A DNA stretch of 64,000 nucleotides from a virus (taxonomy: Duplodnaviria; Caudoviricetes). The translations under genes were made by a program, and so were the position numbers. The notes beneath the pieces are model-generated. The model was not told where the DNA came from. It did no database searches and was given only the letters and a program-made list of their open reading frames with translations. The stretch is from the IMG/VR virus record IMGVR_UViG_3300030330_005082, positions 6,769 through 70,768 of that record; one strand, 5' to 3'. Shown here piece after piece: positions 54,011 to 63,999 of this stretch. Numbering within the stretch: position 1 is the stretch's first letter; every line of letters begins with the position of its first letter.

Positions 54011-54903
54011 TATCTTTTCCTAAATGTAGTTATAAGTGTCGGACAAGCAAGCGCGCAGTCTCTCGTTAGTTCTGGTTTAAATCCTGGTACGGATTTAATT
54101 TCATTTGTAATCGGACCATACCAAAAAAATCTAGCTTCAAGTTGAACGTTCACTTCTTTTGATTTTTGAACTGGTATTGCTCCACACAAATATAACGGAT
54201 GAGCTTTGAATTCAGAGCCCAAAAAACCACTTTCGGCAATAGATTGACCATCAACAGTCAAACGCCACTGGCTACACATAATTACCGCTCTTGCCTGTGA
54301 CATTTGCCTATCTACTGCAGCAAAGTAAGGATAATCATGTCTATCTTGCGGAAGACCTTTGTCTTCAGGTTTATAACTTCCTGAATCGGTATAATTAGAA
54401 AACTCTCTCACACTCATCCATTGAACAAAACCAGAAAACTCAACTTTTACCAAACCATCTGATTTTGCTTCAAATCTACAGTGAGGCATTTGTATTGGTG
54501 ATGCTACGTCGTTGAAAAATGCACTCAAATCAGCTTCTGTTGCTTTTCTGCTTTTTTCAGCAATAACTGTTTCGTAAGAATAGCCAGGTCCTGAGGTAGC
54601 ACTGGAAGAAGTCCTATCTCCCAATGTTTCACAGTTGTCCCTGGTTCTTGCTTTCCGCATCCAACCATTACCCATAGAGTACGTGTCGAAATAATAAACC
54701 ACTTCTGGTGAAATATTACCGGAATAGACCTCTGTGAATGCGCCTCTTACGACCTTATTGGCCGTAATCGTTCCTTGAGCAATGTTGTCCATATCGAGCA
54801 TGCCATTTAGTTCACCGACATATTCGTTTATGTTCAACCTAAATTCGGACGGCTCACAAACTTGACCATCTTGAACGACTTCTTGTCTTAATTTCCAAGC
54901 CAT
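54010..54903 (-). CDS. Tail spike/fibre-attachment-like protein
   Basis: QDGQV...NGMLDMDNIAQGTI N-terminal motif. Confidence 0.6.
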   Translation of the reverse strand: MAWKLRQEVVQDGQVCEPSEFRLNINEYVGELNGMLDMDNIAQGTITANKVVRGAFTEVYSGNISPEVVYYFDTYSMGNGWMRKARTRDNCETLGDRTSSSATSGPGYSYETVIAEKSRKATEADLSAFFNDVASPIQMPHCRFEAKSDGLVKVEFSGFVQWMSVREFSNYTDSGSYKPEDKGLPQDRHDYPYFAAVDRQMSQARAVIMCSQWRLTVDGQSIAESGFLGSEFKAHPLYLCGAIPVQKSKEVNVQLEARFFWYGPITNEIKSVPGFKPELTRDCALACPTLITTFRKR

Positions 54904-54904
54904 T

Positions 54905-57900
54905 CTATCTCCTTGATGCTCTCAGGGCTGCGTTAAGAGGCTTGATGTTTCTTTGTTCACCGATCTTAGCCTCAAGATCGTAACCAATGATTTCTATTTT
55001 ATGACCATCCTTAGCGGAAAATGTTACAGACAACTCCCTCACTGGACCCTCTTTTGAAGTTGAAACATCAAACCTGTTTACGATTGGCCGGTAGGATGTC
55101 CAAATATCTTTTTCAAAAATTGCTTCGCTGTAAACGGGATATCGTTCATTCGGATCTTGCTGATCTGATTCTTGATCGAAAGACCTAGTCAAAAACATAG
55201 ATCTGTTGACAGTTGTGTTCAATAAAAGCTCATTGTCACCATAGCCAACACTGTAGACAAAAACATGTGCTGGCCTAAACGTGGTGAAAACACTTTGATA
55301 ATCCACATTTACAGTTTGATATGTAGACTTTGTACGATGAAACTGTAACTTTGTCGGAGCATAACCACCAGGAGTAGGAGACCATGATGTCGCTCTCGTA
55401 AGTGTAGTTGCACCTTTATTTATCGAACCTCTACTGTAGGCAAGAATACCAGAACGATTTTCATTGACTACGTCGTTACTTCCCATCATCAGATATCCAC
55501 GATGATCTTTCGTAAGAACCATGCAATCGATGGGAAAATCCTTTCTTATGCTCCATGCACCATATTCGTAATGATAAATCAGACAAAGATTGTTTTTGTC
55601 TGATCCATTAGTAGGGATAGAAAGCCAGTACTCTTTGTCTTTTTGATAGACACACCCTGAAGCTCGAATTGATGCTGATTGATTCAATCGCTCTAACGTT
55701 TGCGATATTTCGATTCCTATTTCTTGGAGACCCGTTGGTGAACCAGTATTTTCGAGAGCGCCTTCTAAAAGGTAAATCGATTTTTGACTAAGAAAAGCCA
55801 ATCCAAGACCTGGAAGTTCTGAGATAGTGTCGGGAGCGGAACATCCAACATCTTTATTCAAAGTAAATGATGCAAACCCAGTAGATGGATCGCCTTTAAC
55901 TAAGTAGATGCCCCTCTGCTTAAAAACTACAAGTGCGTTTTTAGTGGCACGCATTCCCATAATTTGACCACCATCATCATCGCCAATGTTAATAACATTT
56001 TCTTCAGGGAATGTTTCAGGCATAAGCGGTGAAGAAAATCTTACTTCATTAAGTTCAGATCCTGCACAAAACATTGTGTTTTTGAAAACCGCCAAAAACT
56101 TTGTTCTGTTTGGAAAGTTACCAAGCTCTCTTGTGTCCAACAACTCACCCAAAGATGTATCAGGACGAGCATCCATGAACACCTTTGTCATGTTGTCTTG
56201 CACTTCAGCCAAAAAATAAAACGATTGCTGATCACCTGTAGTAAAAAGGTTTCCGCTAACGTCATACAAGTTTCTTGTTCTGTAGATACGCCTTGCAACA
56301 CACTCTTTAGGGCCGAGTGGAATATCAACCGCTACAGCGCCCTTACCGTGAAAACATCTATTTTTAGAACTGTTACTTCCATTGTGCATGATCGCAACAG
56401 TGCTCGCATCTGAAACAGAAGACTCTTGACCTCTTTCATTGACATATGAAATTTTGTATTGATATCCACATTTTCTGGTATCAAACTGCGGATTATTGTA
56501 GTAGTGAATACGTCTTTGAATGTCATGAGTAAAATACACGTCAGTTGGACGATAAACATCCTCTGCATCGTTTTTTCTAACTCTGTATTGACCAACGCCT
56601 ATTTCTGCATCACTGGCAACACCCAATCCAAAATACGGTACTTCAAAGTGCTTTCCGTAAAAAGCTTTGCTTTTAGGGAATTTATTATCGTCCCAGGAAT
56701 CAATAGTAAAATCGGAAGTTGCATCTCCAATAGCAACAGGTATTGTCATGGATGCACTTGGCCCGGTAGATTTAACACTTGGTGATGGAGGTTTTTCTAC
56801 AAAACCAGCTTTTTCAACCATGTCTCCATTGAAAACAATAGTTTCATCAAAACCGTTCGCAATATAAAGTCTTCCACCATAAGCTTGTGATTGACTTCTG
56901 ATAGAAATTTCCGACGCAGTTCTTCTTCGTATTTCGCTTATGCGGCCATAATCGAAAGGCCCAGTATACGGATCTGAATACTGCCTGAGTGTTTTTTCTG
57001 GTGTAGCACTAGACCCATATCCTTCCGAAGTTGGTTTGTATTTAGATCCGTCAAATACTTTTAAATGACACTGATTTGTTGGTGTCATTATTCCGTCTAC
57101 AATCGTTCCGTTTCTTGTTTCATATATCAAAAACTGTCTTGCACCATTGTGCTGAGCAAACCAATGAATAGAGTTTATTGAAGAGAATCGATAATGTTCA
57201 TATGCTGAGTCTGGGTAAGCAAAAGTGTCGGGTGCATCCGAGTCATCTGATCCAAAGGCGCCACCCGCATCATCGTATATTCCATCGTATGGATCAAAAA
57301 CATCTGGACCACCTCCTACATCTCCCGCAGATGGTACATCAACTCCATCTGATCCACCATCGCTACCTCCACCACCGCCTGGAATAACCTCTTCCCAAGT
57401 GTCAAAAGTAAACATATACCCAAAAAATGGATCTTCATTATATGTCCAACCCATGTAAAGGCGTGGTGGGAAGCGCGGATAGCCACGATTCGCCCAGTAG
57501 GCGATCATATGATTGGGACCATAGGGCAATAAGTCTGTATACAGATTGACTCTATAGGTCTCACCAGCCTCGCCAAGTACAGTGCCAGGTGGATAAGGAA
57601 CGTCTACGAACCCCCAAAAATCCCGAGTAGCAGGAACCGAAACTACCTCAGTGCCAGATTCGCCACCGACAATGCTGGTGGGTCCGCTAATTACATCGTC
57701 ACCATATCCAGAAAACAATCTCGGTATTGGCGAACCTCTTTCATCAAGTTGCCAAAACATAGTGCCTGTTGACCCTATTTGACCATAGTATATTTCTTTG
57801 TAGTCACTTTGAGCGTCCGCATAAAAAACGCCCGGTAAAGTTAAAGCCTCATCAATAACGACGGTTGAATCTCCACCACCGGAATCATAACTAGGCTCAC

Positions 57901-58624
57901 CAAAACCTCGTCGCGTTTCTTCTGTAGTTCCATAAAAAGTGTCTGTATTGAATTTACTATCGAGTCCAGATTCATATTCGAGAGCATTCAGTGTGTCTGG
58001 ACGAGAAATTGCCCCACCGGATCCTACAAACGGATCAGATGGATCAACAAAATCAAGCTGACCGTCACTATCTGTATCGCCACGCTCAGTTGGTGGAAAA
58101 GCAAAAGCTCCAGTAAGCTCAGAGTCTGGATCCCAAAAAATATCATCATCAGAAATATCGCCCTCAGCGGCGCCTTCAACCCCACTGCCTTCGTAAACAC
58201 CATCGCTGCCTCCAACTCCACCGGTGCCACTAACAGAAAAGATTCCATATGGTGCCGGTGGAAATGAAGGTGGACTTGAACCGCTGCCTGCATGAGATGC
58301 AAGTGTTGGTGGAATCGAAGCAGAGCCACCAAAAAAATCATAAGTTTCAGAAGAGAGACTATATGAGCTTGAACTTGAACTTGATCCTAAACTTGTGAAA
58401 CTGTATTCAGTTCCACTACGAACTAAAGTTGCCTTACTGCCTGTGTTTACGTTTGTAGCATACACAGTTTTTGGCATGAATAATTGAATGAAGCCACCCG
58501 AACTTTTCCAAGAATCGTTCTCGGTTATGTACATGTCCTCAATGTTCAGAGCATCTTGACCATCGGTCATCCACCGCTCGTCAATACCTCTGAGGCCAAA
58601 AACTTGGAAACGAGTAGTGTTCAT
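54905..58624 (-). CDS. Tail nozzle/tubular protein B-like, with about 430-aa low-complexity insertion
   Basis: GLRGID N-terminus; propeller-like GGRLYIANG, AVFKNTMFCAG, ALVVFKQRGIY, VGCSAP, YWLSIP, YHY..GAWS; follows the adaptor gene. Confidence 0.75.
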   Translation of the reverse strand: MNTTRFQVFGLRGIDERWMTDGQDALNIEDMYITENDSWKSSGGFIQLFMPKTVYATNVNTGSKATLVRSGTEYSFTSLGSSSSSSSYSLSSETYDFFGGSASIPPTLASHAGSGSSPPSFPPAPYGIFSVSGTGGVGGSDGVYEGSGVEGAAEGDISDDDIFWDPDSELTGAFAFPPTERGDTDSDGQLDFVDPSDPFVGSGGAISRPDTLNALEYESGLDSKFNTDTFYGTTEETRRGFGEPSYDSGGGDSTVVIDEALTLPGVFYADAQSDYKEIYYGQIGSTGTMFWQLDERGSPIPRLFSGYGDDVISGPTSIVGGESGTEVVSVPATRDFWGFVDVPYPPGTVLGEAGETYRVNLYTDLLPYGPNHMIAYWANRGYPRFPPRLYMGWTYNEDPFFGYMFTFDTWEEVIPGGGGGSDGGSDGVDVPSAGDVGGGPDVFDPYDGIYDDAGGAFGSDDSDAPDTFAYPDSAYEHYRFSSINSIHWFAQHNGARQFLIYETRNGTIVDGIMTPTNQCHLKVFDGSKYKPTSEGYGSSATPEKTLRQYSDPYTGPFDYGRISEIRRRTASEISIRSQSQAYGGRLYIANGFDETIVFNGDMVEKAGFVEKPPSPSVKSTGPSASMTIPVAIGDATSDFTIDSWDDNKFPKSKAFYGKHFEVPYFGLGVASDAEIGVGQYRVRKNDAEDVYRPTDVYFTHDIQRRIHYYNNPQFDTRKCGYQYKISYVNERGQESSVSDASTVAIMHNGSNSSKNRCFHGKGAVAVDIPLGPKECVARRIYRTRNLYDVSGNLFTTGDQQSFYFLAEVQDNMTKVFMDARPDTSLGELLDTRELGNFPNRTKFLAVFKNTMFCAGSELNEVRFSSPLMPETFPEENVINIGDDDGGQIMGMRATKNALVVFKQRGIYLVKGDPSTGFASFTLNKDVGCSAPDTISELPGLGLAFLSQKSIYLLEGALENTGSPTGLQEIGIEISQTLERLNQSASIRASGCVYQKDKEYWLSIPTNGSDKNNLCLIYHYEYGAWSIRKDFPIDCMVLTKDHRGYLMMGSNDVVNENRSGILAYSRGSINKGATTLTRATSWSPTPGGYAPTKLQFHRTKSTYQTVNVDYQSVFTTFRPAHVFVYSVGYGDNELLLNTTVNRSMFLTRSFDQESDQQDPNERYPVYSEAIFEKDIWTSYRPIVNRFDVSTSKEGPVRELSVTFSAKDGHKIEIIGYDLEAKIGEQRNIKPLNAALRASRR

Positions 58625-58626
58625 TT

Positions 58627-60555
58627 CTATACCTTAGTTGGAATGCCGAATCGCTCACCAATCGTAACAGATCGATCAAATCCCATACGAACGTACTTCC
58701 TGTTTGTTCGAGACAGATACTTCTGCTTCATTCTATCCAGAAGCTCGTCTGCTTTTCTTTCATATAGCTGGGCTTGTCCAGTCATACCGTGTTGAAAACA
58801 AATGTCTCCAAGAGCCATATAGACCAGAAGATGATGATACTGCGGAGGCCACTCGGGAGTATCGCCATTGGCAACCAATCGTTTCGGACGACTTAGATAC
58901 CGTATTTCGATGTTTCTATCGTGATCGGGTGGTCTATAGATTCGAATACTTTGACGTGGACCTGTTTCATCCAATCTACGAATCTTTTGGAGTTCACCGT
59001 CATGGTATGTCCATTGAGCATTGCTCATCCAATAAGCTTCAGGCCACCCCAAAACCGGTGGAGAACTATAACCATGAGGAAATGATGATAAAAAATTTGT
59101 TTGTTTCGATCCGATATCGATTACAAAAACATCTGAAAAAGTATCACCGATGTGCATCCAGCCACCATTACCTTGATGCCTGTTGCCTATGTTTGTGCTT
59201 TTGAACTCAGCGTCTGCAATCGTGCTCGAACCGACAATACCATCACGATCAGGATATCTATTTCCGGCTGCAGGTTTTGAGCTTGGGACTTTTCGTCTAT
59301 AAAACCTTTTCATCCGACCAGTAAATCTGGTTTCTTCTTCCAAATCACCGCCAGAAAGATAGTCAGAAAACTTTGCAACACCTTCTAAAGCATCAGATGT
59401 CAAACCTTCATATGCTGTTGGACCGGTAGTTCCGTTTCTCTTAAAAATACCACCTACATCTTCAGTAAAAATAAATGCGTATCTAAATTCCGATGATGCT
59501 TTTGGATCTCCTTTTGGAAGTCGACATATTGGAGAAGGTGGAGATTCTACACCCTCGTATACAAAAGTGTAGCAATACTCATACTCTGCATCACGAAGCA
59601 ACTTTGGTTCATCACCAAATCCTGAGAATGGAGTTATATCAGCACCATCTTTATCTTTGAAAACTAACTGGTCGAATTTTAGCTCTTCGCTATTTGAGTA
59701 CGCCAAAACTGAAGGTGCGTCTTGTGGTGGAGTCACGTAGGTTGGCATTCCTTCAATGCCAATGATTGGATCTCCAGATTTCTCTCTATCAAAATCCAAG
59801 TATTCTTCTTTGGCAGCATCAATAAACAAAATTCGACCAACGCCAGTAGATTTTTTTACTGAAGTTACAATCCCTAAATTACCCTGAACTTCATGTTGAA
59901 TCGTGTCTACTCCACGATCCATAATTCCAAGAACTTCTATACAATCTTCGGGAAGAAGATACTTTCTAAATTCAATCGCCCAGTCGGTATATCTTTTCTT
60001 GGTAACTGTGGTTGAACCTTCAGATTTTAAAATTGTGCTTGTATCAGTTATTGGTCTGTCTACAACGATTCCAACACTACCGGAACCACTTTTATACGCA
60101 CTTGGAAACTCTTCATCGCCCATGGCAGCGTGCCTGGATGGATTTTCATAGTCTGAAGTAGACTCAAAAACTCCTGTGATTTTAAATTCTCTTTCTGACG
60201 TTCCGTGAGCAGCGCTTGTAATAGTTGTGTGGTTTGTAACGTCTTTAATAACCACAGTATTTCCAAGCATCTCTCTGTTTACAAGAGCAATTGATAAATC
60301 ATCAGAAGCGCCAAAGTACAAAATGTTACTTGCGTCATAGTGATTGTCTTTACCAACTTGAATCGTTCCAACACTTTTAATGTCGGCCCGCAAAGTCAAA
60401 GGCACAGTCTTTTGCCGAAACAGCCAAGGATACTGGCTAGAGCACTGTAGATAGTGTCGGTTGATAACCCGAGCTACCTGACTTTTGTATGCTTCAAGAT
60501 CAGGGTTGTAATCGAGTGCTGAGTTAATCTCTTCAATGAGTTCTTTAAGATTCAT
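58627..60555 (-). CDS. Head-tail adaptor (tail tubular A/gp4-like), enlarged
   Basis: N-terminal MNLKELI...VINRHY...YPWLF and C-terminal IRY...P..L....D.PE.PPQYHHLLVY.AL. Confidence 0.7.
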   Translation of the reverse strand: MNLKELIEEINSALDYNPDLEAYKSQVARVINRHYLQCSSQYPWLFRQKTVPLTLRADIKSVGTIQVGKDNHYDASNILYFGASDDLSIALVNREMLGNTVVIKDVTNHTTITSAAHGTSEREFKITGVFESTSDYENPSRHAAMGDEEFPSAYKSGSGSVGIVVDRPITDTSTILKSEGSTTVTKKRYTDWAIEFRKYLLPEDCIEVLGIMDRGVDTIQHEVQGNLGIVTSVKKSTGVGRILFIDAAKEEYLDFDREKSGDPIIGIEGMPTYVTPPQDAPSVLAYSNSEELKFDQLVFKDKDGADITPFSGFGDEPKLLRDAEYEYCYTFVYEGVESPPSPICRLPKGDPKASSEFRYAFIFTEDVGGIFKRNGTTGPTAYEGLTSDALEGVAKFSDYLSGGDLEEETRFTGRMKRFYRRKVPSSKPAAGNRYPDRDGIVGSSTIADAEFKSTNIGNRHQGNGGWMHIGDTFSDVFVIDIGSKQTNFLSSFPHGYSSPPVLGWPEAYWMSNAQWTYHDGELQKIRRLDETGPRQSIRIYRPPDHDRNIEIRYLSRPKRLVANGDTPEWPPQYHHLLVYMALGDICFQHGMTGQAQLYERKADELLDRMKQKYLSRTNRKYVRMGFDRSVTIGERFGIPTKV

Positions 60556-60567
60556 CGTTCATCCCTG

Positions 60568-60609
60568 AAAAAGAAAACGGCTGCTGAAGTAGTATACCCC
60601 AGCAGCCGT
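60568..60609 (-). terminator. Intrinsic terminator after the capsid genes
   Basis: ACGGCTGCTG/CAGCAGCCGT 10-bp stem followed on the minus strand by TTTCTTTTT. Confidence 0.75.
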
Positions 60610-60642
60610 AAATGGACCTAGGGTCCGGTAGCGATTCTTATA

Positions 60643-61128
60643 TCAACCGAAGAATCCGTGATCGTAGATCAAGATTGCTCCGTCAGCGGCACCACTACTA
60701 AAAGCGTCAACGCAAAGTGCGAATTCGTTCTTCGTATGGTCAGTAGTACCATCAGCGAAAGCCGAAACCTTGACGGCAGTGTGTCCGATAAGATCACCAG
60801 CGTTAATTACTGCAGCAGTAGCAGTGCAATCTGTATTGTGTCCTGCGACCTGAACAAGAATGGTGTCATTCTTGACGGCAGAGCCTCCGCTGTTGTCGAT
60901 TGTCTTCGTTTCAGCGCAAACACCGATAGCAATCGCCAAATCGGTACCAGCGCCACGTTTTACATTGTAGCCAGCACCTGCAACGTCGGAAACAGTAAGA
61001 TCAATCTCCATAATTTCACCCTTGGTGAAAGTTGTACTTGTTGTTGCTGCAACTTGCGTGTTCAAACGAACAAATTTCTTAGGGAAATGGTTGACGCCAT
61101 CGACGCCATCACTCTTATAAACTGGCAT
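60643..61128 (-). CDS. Capsid cement/decoration protein
   Basis: 161 aa right after the MCP; FTKGEI...IAIGV...ILVQVAG...GDLI pattern; GGAGG RBS. Confidence 0.7.
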   Translation of the reverse strand: MPVYKSDGVDGVNHFPKKFVRLNTQVAATTSTTFTKGEIMEIDLTVSDVAGAGYNVKRGAGTDLAIAIGVCAETKTIDNSGGSAVKNDTILVQVAGHNTDCTATAAVINAGDLIGHTAVKVSAFADGTTDHTKNEFALCVDAFSSGAADGAILIYDHGFFG

Positions 61129-61165
61129 TTTGTCCTCCTACTCTCGAGACTTTGCCTATTAAATA

Positions 61166-61192
61166 GGGTGAGGGCCAACACGACCCTCACCC
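61166..61192 (-). terminator. Hairpin between MCP and cement gene (partial terminator?)
   Basis: GGGTGAGGG-N9-CCCTCACCC perfect 9-bp stem. Confidence 0.55.
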
Positions 61193-61202
61193 AAATGGTT
61201 TC

Positions 61203-62252
61203 TTAGAACGTATCACCGTTTACTGCAAGAGCAGAAGAACCGATGTGCTTAGCGATCAACTGACCACGGCACCGAAGCTTAGCAGCACGAACATCGTACT
61301 CACCAGAAACGGTTTCGAAGTCACTAAGATCGAAGTAGCCCTTCGGATCCCACAAGGTGTAAATGTCGTTCATGTTCAAGAAGTAGAACGATGCTTCGGT
61401 AGTCGCCGAAGTTTCACCGGTAATGTTGGGCATGTAGTACTCAACATCAATGGGCACACCTTGGAAAGTTGTGCTCATCTTACCGCCATCGATGCTCTTC
61501 TCATCCATGTAACGCTCAGAAGCCTGAAGAGCGCGCTTCAGGTTCTTGAAACCAGCCCGTGAAGCAAGAATCACGTTGGGGTTTCCTTGTGCGCTTACAG
61601 CGTTGATTTCAACCATCAAGTCGTAAAGTCCAGCAAGACCGTTCGAGTTGAATGAATCAGCGATGTCGAAGAACTGGTTGTTCCAACCAGTCTTGGAAGA
61701 GAAGGTAGCCTTGCTAACTCCACCAACTGATGCATTTTGAGAACCACTACCGGCAGCAGCGTTCTCAAGGTATCCGTTAGTACGGTCGATACCGTTCAGA
61801 GTGTTCCAATCGTCCCAGTTAGCGACTCCACCTTGAACGATGTGCTTCACGTACTCACGCTTGAGAGCGTTAGCAACAGAGGTCACACGGTTTTCAAGAA
61901 TAGAAAGAACGGCTGCATCGCCTTGGTTTGTCAGTTCTTCTTCTGCCGAAATGGCAACTGGACGAACAACGTGTCCAAAGTCGTAAACAGCAGGCTGAAA
62001 CACATCAGAGACACTGAGGTCGATGCGCTCGTAACCGGTAGACATCTTAGTTGTGTTGCTGTGCTCACCGAAGCCAAGTGGGACTACGATGCGAGTACCG
62101 CCAGCTTGTGTGGGTTGACCCTCACCATGTACTCGAGTTTGTGCGTCGAGCAATGCGGTGCTGGTATAAATGTTATCGCGCCACTCTTTCATCACGATAT
62201 GCATCGTGGTCGAAAGTAGCTCGTTTCCAATGGAAAGAGGTGTAACTGCCAT
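61203..62252 (-). CDS. Major capsid protein (HK97 fold)
   Basis: 349 aa; LLSTT...DNIY...LL, GGTRIVVPL, V.IS.EE...N.G, P..ILA....F, F.GVPI..E, YFLN; between scaffold and cement genes. Confidence 0.85.
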   Translation of the reverse strand: MAVTPLSIGNELLSTTMHIVMKEWRDNIYTSTALLDAQTRVHGEGQPTQAGGTRIVVPLGFGEHSNTTKMSTGYERIDLSVSDVFQPAVYDFGHVVRPVAISAEEELTNQGDAAVLSILENRVTSVANALKREYVKHIVQGGVANWDDWNTLNGIDRTNGYLENAAAGSGSQNASVGGVSKATFSSKTGWNNQFFDIADSFNSNGLAGLYDLMVEINAVSAQGNPNVILASRAGFKNLKRALQASERYMDEKSIDGGKMSTTFQGVPIDVEYYMPNITGETSATTEASFYFLNMNDIYTLWDPKGYFDLSDFETVSGEYDVRAAKLRCRGQLIAKHIGSSALAVNGDTF

Positions 62253-62281
62253 TATTTTCTAATGCTCCAAATAGGGGAAGG

Positions 62282-63241
62282 TTAACGGTGTAGTTGTTGA
62301 TATTTTCGGGCTGCTTCGGGATTGTCCTTTAGCCAGTTCGCGATTGCAAACGCACCCTGCTTCTTGACATCGGGGGGAATCTCTCCGTTAGAAGGGTTTC
62401 CACCCGAAACAGCACGACCAATACGCCGTGCAGACTGTTGACGGGCTCGTTGCTCTTGTGCCGCCCGAGCTTGTTGCTGGGCCATCACTCGACGAGCTTT
62501 GACGATTTGAAAAGCATCTTCCGTCGAAAGTGGGATTCCGTTTTCAGCCCGAGATCGCACAAGACCTGCAACGTCCTTCTTAAAGGATGGGTCTCTCATC
62601 TCTGGATTTCTGTCAACGAATTCAAGATAGTTGCTTTCGCGAGCCTTTATGTCCGCAGCATTCTTCATTGGCTCAAGAATGGCTGACATGCCTCTCGCGA
62701 TTCCACGCTGAATGCGGGCTTCGACACCCTCTTCAGTAAAAATATCAGGCAGTTCGCCTTCTGGCTCACCAAGAAGTTTTTGAACTTCAGGGTCTTCGAT
62801 CAGGTTTGCAAACTCAGCTTGGCGTTTTGCAAACTCACGTTCCATTTCGGAAAGACTGTTTTCTCGTTTTTCGATCTTCGCTTGAAGATCTTGCATCTCT
62901 TGCTCATGCTTTTCTTGTGCAAGCTTCCGATCAACTCGGAAGTTGTGAAGAATGCGACGAGCAGTAGGTGGCAAATCTTTGATGTGACTTTCATCTACTT
63001 TATCGTAGAAGCCATCGTGCTTTAGCTCCTCAAGATCTCCAAGCTCAGCATCCAAAGCATTAAATGAATGATGCTCTTCTTGTGGGGCTGGTTCAGGTGC
63101 TGGTTCTGGTTCAGTTTCAAATACTTCTCCAGAGGGTTCTGCTTGGGCTTCTACACCCTGATCAGAAACCAAATCACCAAGGTCGCCTTGGTACGGCTCA
63201 CCTTCTACCTGAACACTCTCTGTGTTATTCAAATCGTCCAC
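62282..63241 (-). CDS. Capsid scaffolding protein
   Basis: Acidic Pro/Glu-rich N-terminus, coiled coil, upstream of the MCP. Confidence 0.75.
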   Translation of the reverse strand: MDDLNNTESVQVEGEPYQGDLGDLVSDQGVEAQAEPSGEVFETEPEPAPEPAPQEEHHSFNALDAELGDLEELKHDGFYDKVDESHIKDLPPTARRILHNFRVDRKLAQEKHEQEMQDLQAKIEKRENSLSEMEREFAKRQAEFANLIEDPEVQKLLGEPEGELPDIFTEEGVEARIQRGIARGMSAILEPMKNAADIKARESNYLEFVDRNPEMRDPSFKKDVAGLVRSRAENGIPLSTEDAFQIVKARRVMAQQQARAAQEQRARQQSARRIGRAVSGGNPSNGEIPPDVKKQGAFAIANWLKDNPEAARKYQQLHR

Positions 63242-63299
63242 GCGATGTCTCCATATATTTACGAAAAAACTTTATCATTAAAATAATGAACAAACAACC

Positions 63300-63944
63300 T
63301 TAGCCCATATTAGCTGCAAGTGTTTGTTCATCTTCATCAAAAAATCCAGGTGCTGAAGGCTGTTGCATTTCAGCTTCTGGATCATCAGAGGCGGGTTGTT
63401 GCATTGCCTCTAGTACCTTCTTGTCTTTTGCCATTTTCTTCAATGTTGCCGTTACCTTACGCAAGTCTGCGTCAGTCAAAATCTCTGCCGGGTTGAAGTT
63501 ATATTTACTTGCAAGATCATCATCGAGAAGCTTCAAACTTTCTGCAATAGCCATCAAAGTAATATACAACTCAGGGGGAAGGGCGCCTTCAAGTTTTGCA
63601 CCTTTTGAGGGCATTTCGATTTCCAAATCTGGAATATTTTGTCCTGAAAAAGCATCCAAAGCTTTGTTCAATTCTTTCAAAAGCGTTTTAACTGCAGATA
63701 CAGAGAAAGGTTTTTCTGGAACTGGTGCAGCTTGTGCCATTTCAAACATTTGATCTTGCTGATCGAGTTCAGCAGCCGCATCTTCAGGGCCTTCATCACC
63801 AGGCATTTCTGCTGGTGGTGCTTCACCCTGTGCCATTCCTTGCTCTTCTGCTGCATACAGTTCAGGGAACTGAGCCTTTGCTTCTTCGTATCCAGGCTCG
63901 CCCTTGTAAGGCAATTGCATTCCAGTGTTTGGTTCAACGGGCAT
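63300..63944 (-). CDS. Acidic hypothetical protein of the head module
   Basis: 214 aa, AAGGAG RBS. Confidence 0.75.
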   Translation of the reverse strand: MPVEPNTGMQLPYKGEPGYEEAKAQFPELYAAEEQGMAQGEAPPAEMPGDEGPEDAAAELDQQDQMFEMAQAAPVPEKPFSVSAVKTLLKELNKALDAFSGQNIPDLEIEMPSKGAKLEGALPPELYITLMAIAESLKLLDDDLASKYNFNPAEILTDADLRKVTATLKKMAKDKKVLEAMQQPASDDPEAEMQQPSAPGFFDEDEQTLAANMG

Positions 63945-63954
63945 GATGGGCTCC

Positions 63955-63999
63955 TTAAAGAGTGATTTGTCCTTTATCGACAGCCTTTCTATAGTCCAA
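63955..63999 (-). CDS. C-terminal end of an upstream CDS
   Basis: ...LDYRKAVDKGQITL* open from the right edge. Confidence 0.4.
   Translation of the reverse strand: MDYRKAVDKGQITL

Noticed and set aside
57190-58470. Nozzle insertion as an intein
   Set aside because: No Cys/Ser-start block, terminal His-Asn or homing-endonuclease motif; the sequence is low complexity.
39032-60555. Late region appearing more AT-rich than the early region
   Set aside because: Hand-counted 60-mers gave 38-47% versus about 50%; too variable to claim without a computed scan.
314-63965. Many short opposite-strand or alternate-frame ORFs in the six-frame track
   Set aside because: They overlap longer, motif-bearing CDSs, lack an RBS and have atypical composition; treated as shadow ORFs.
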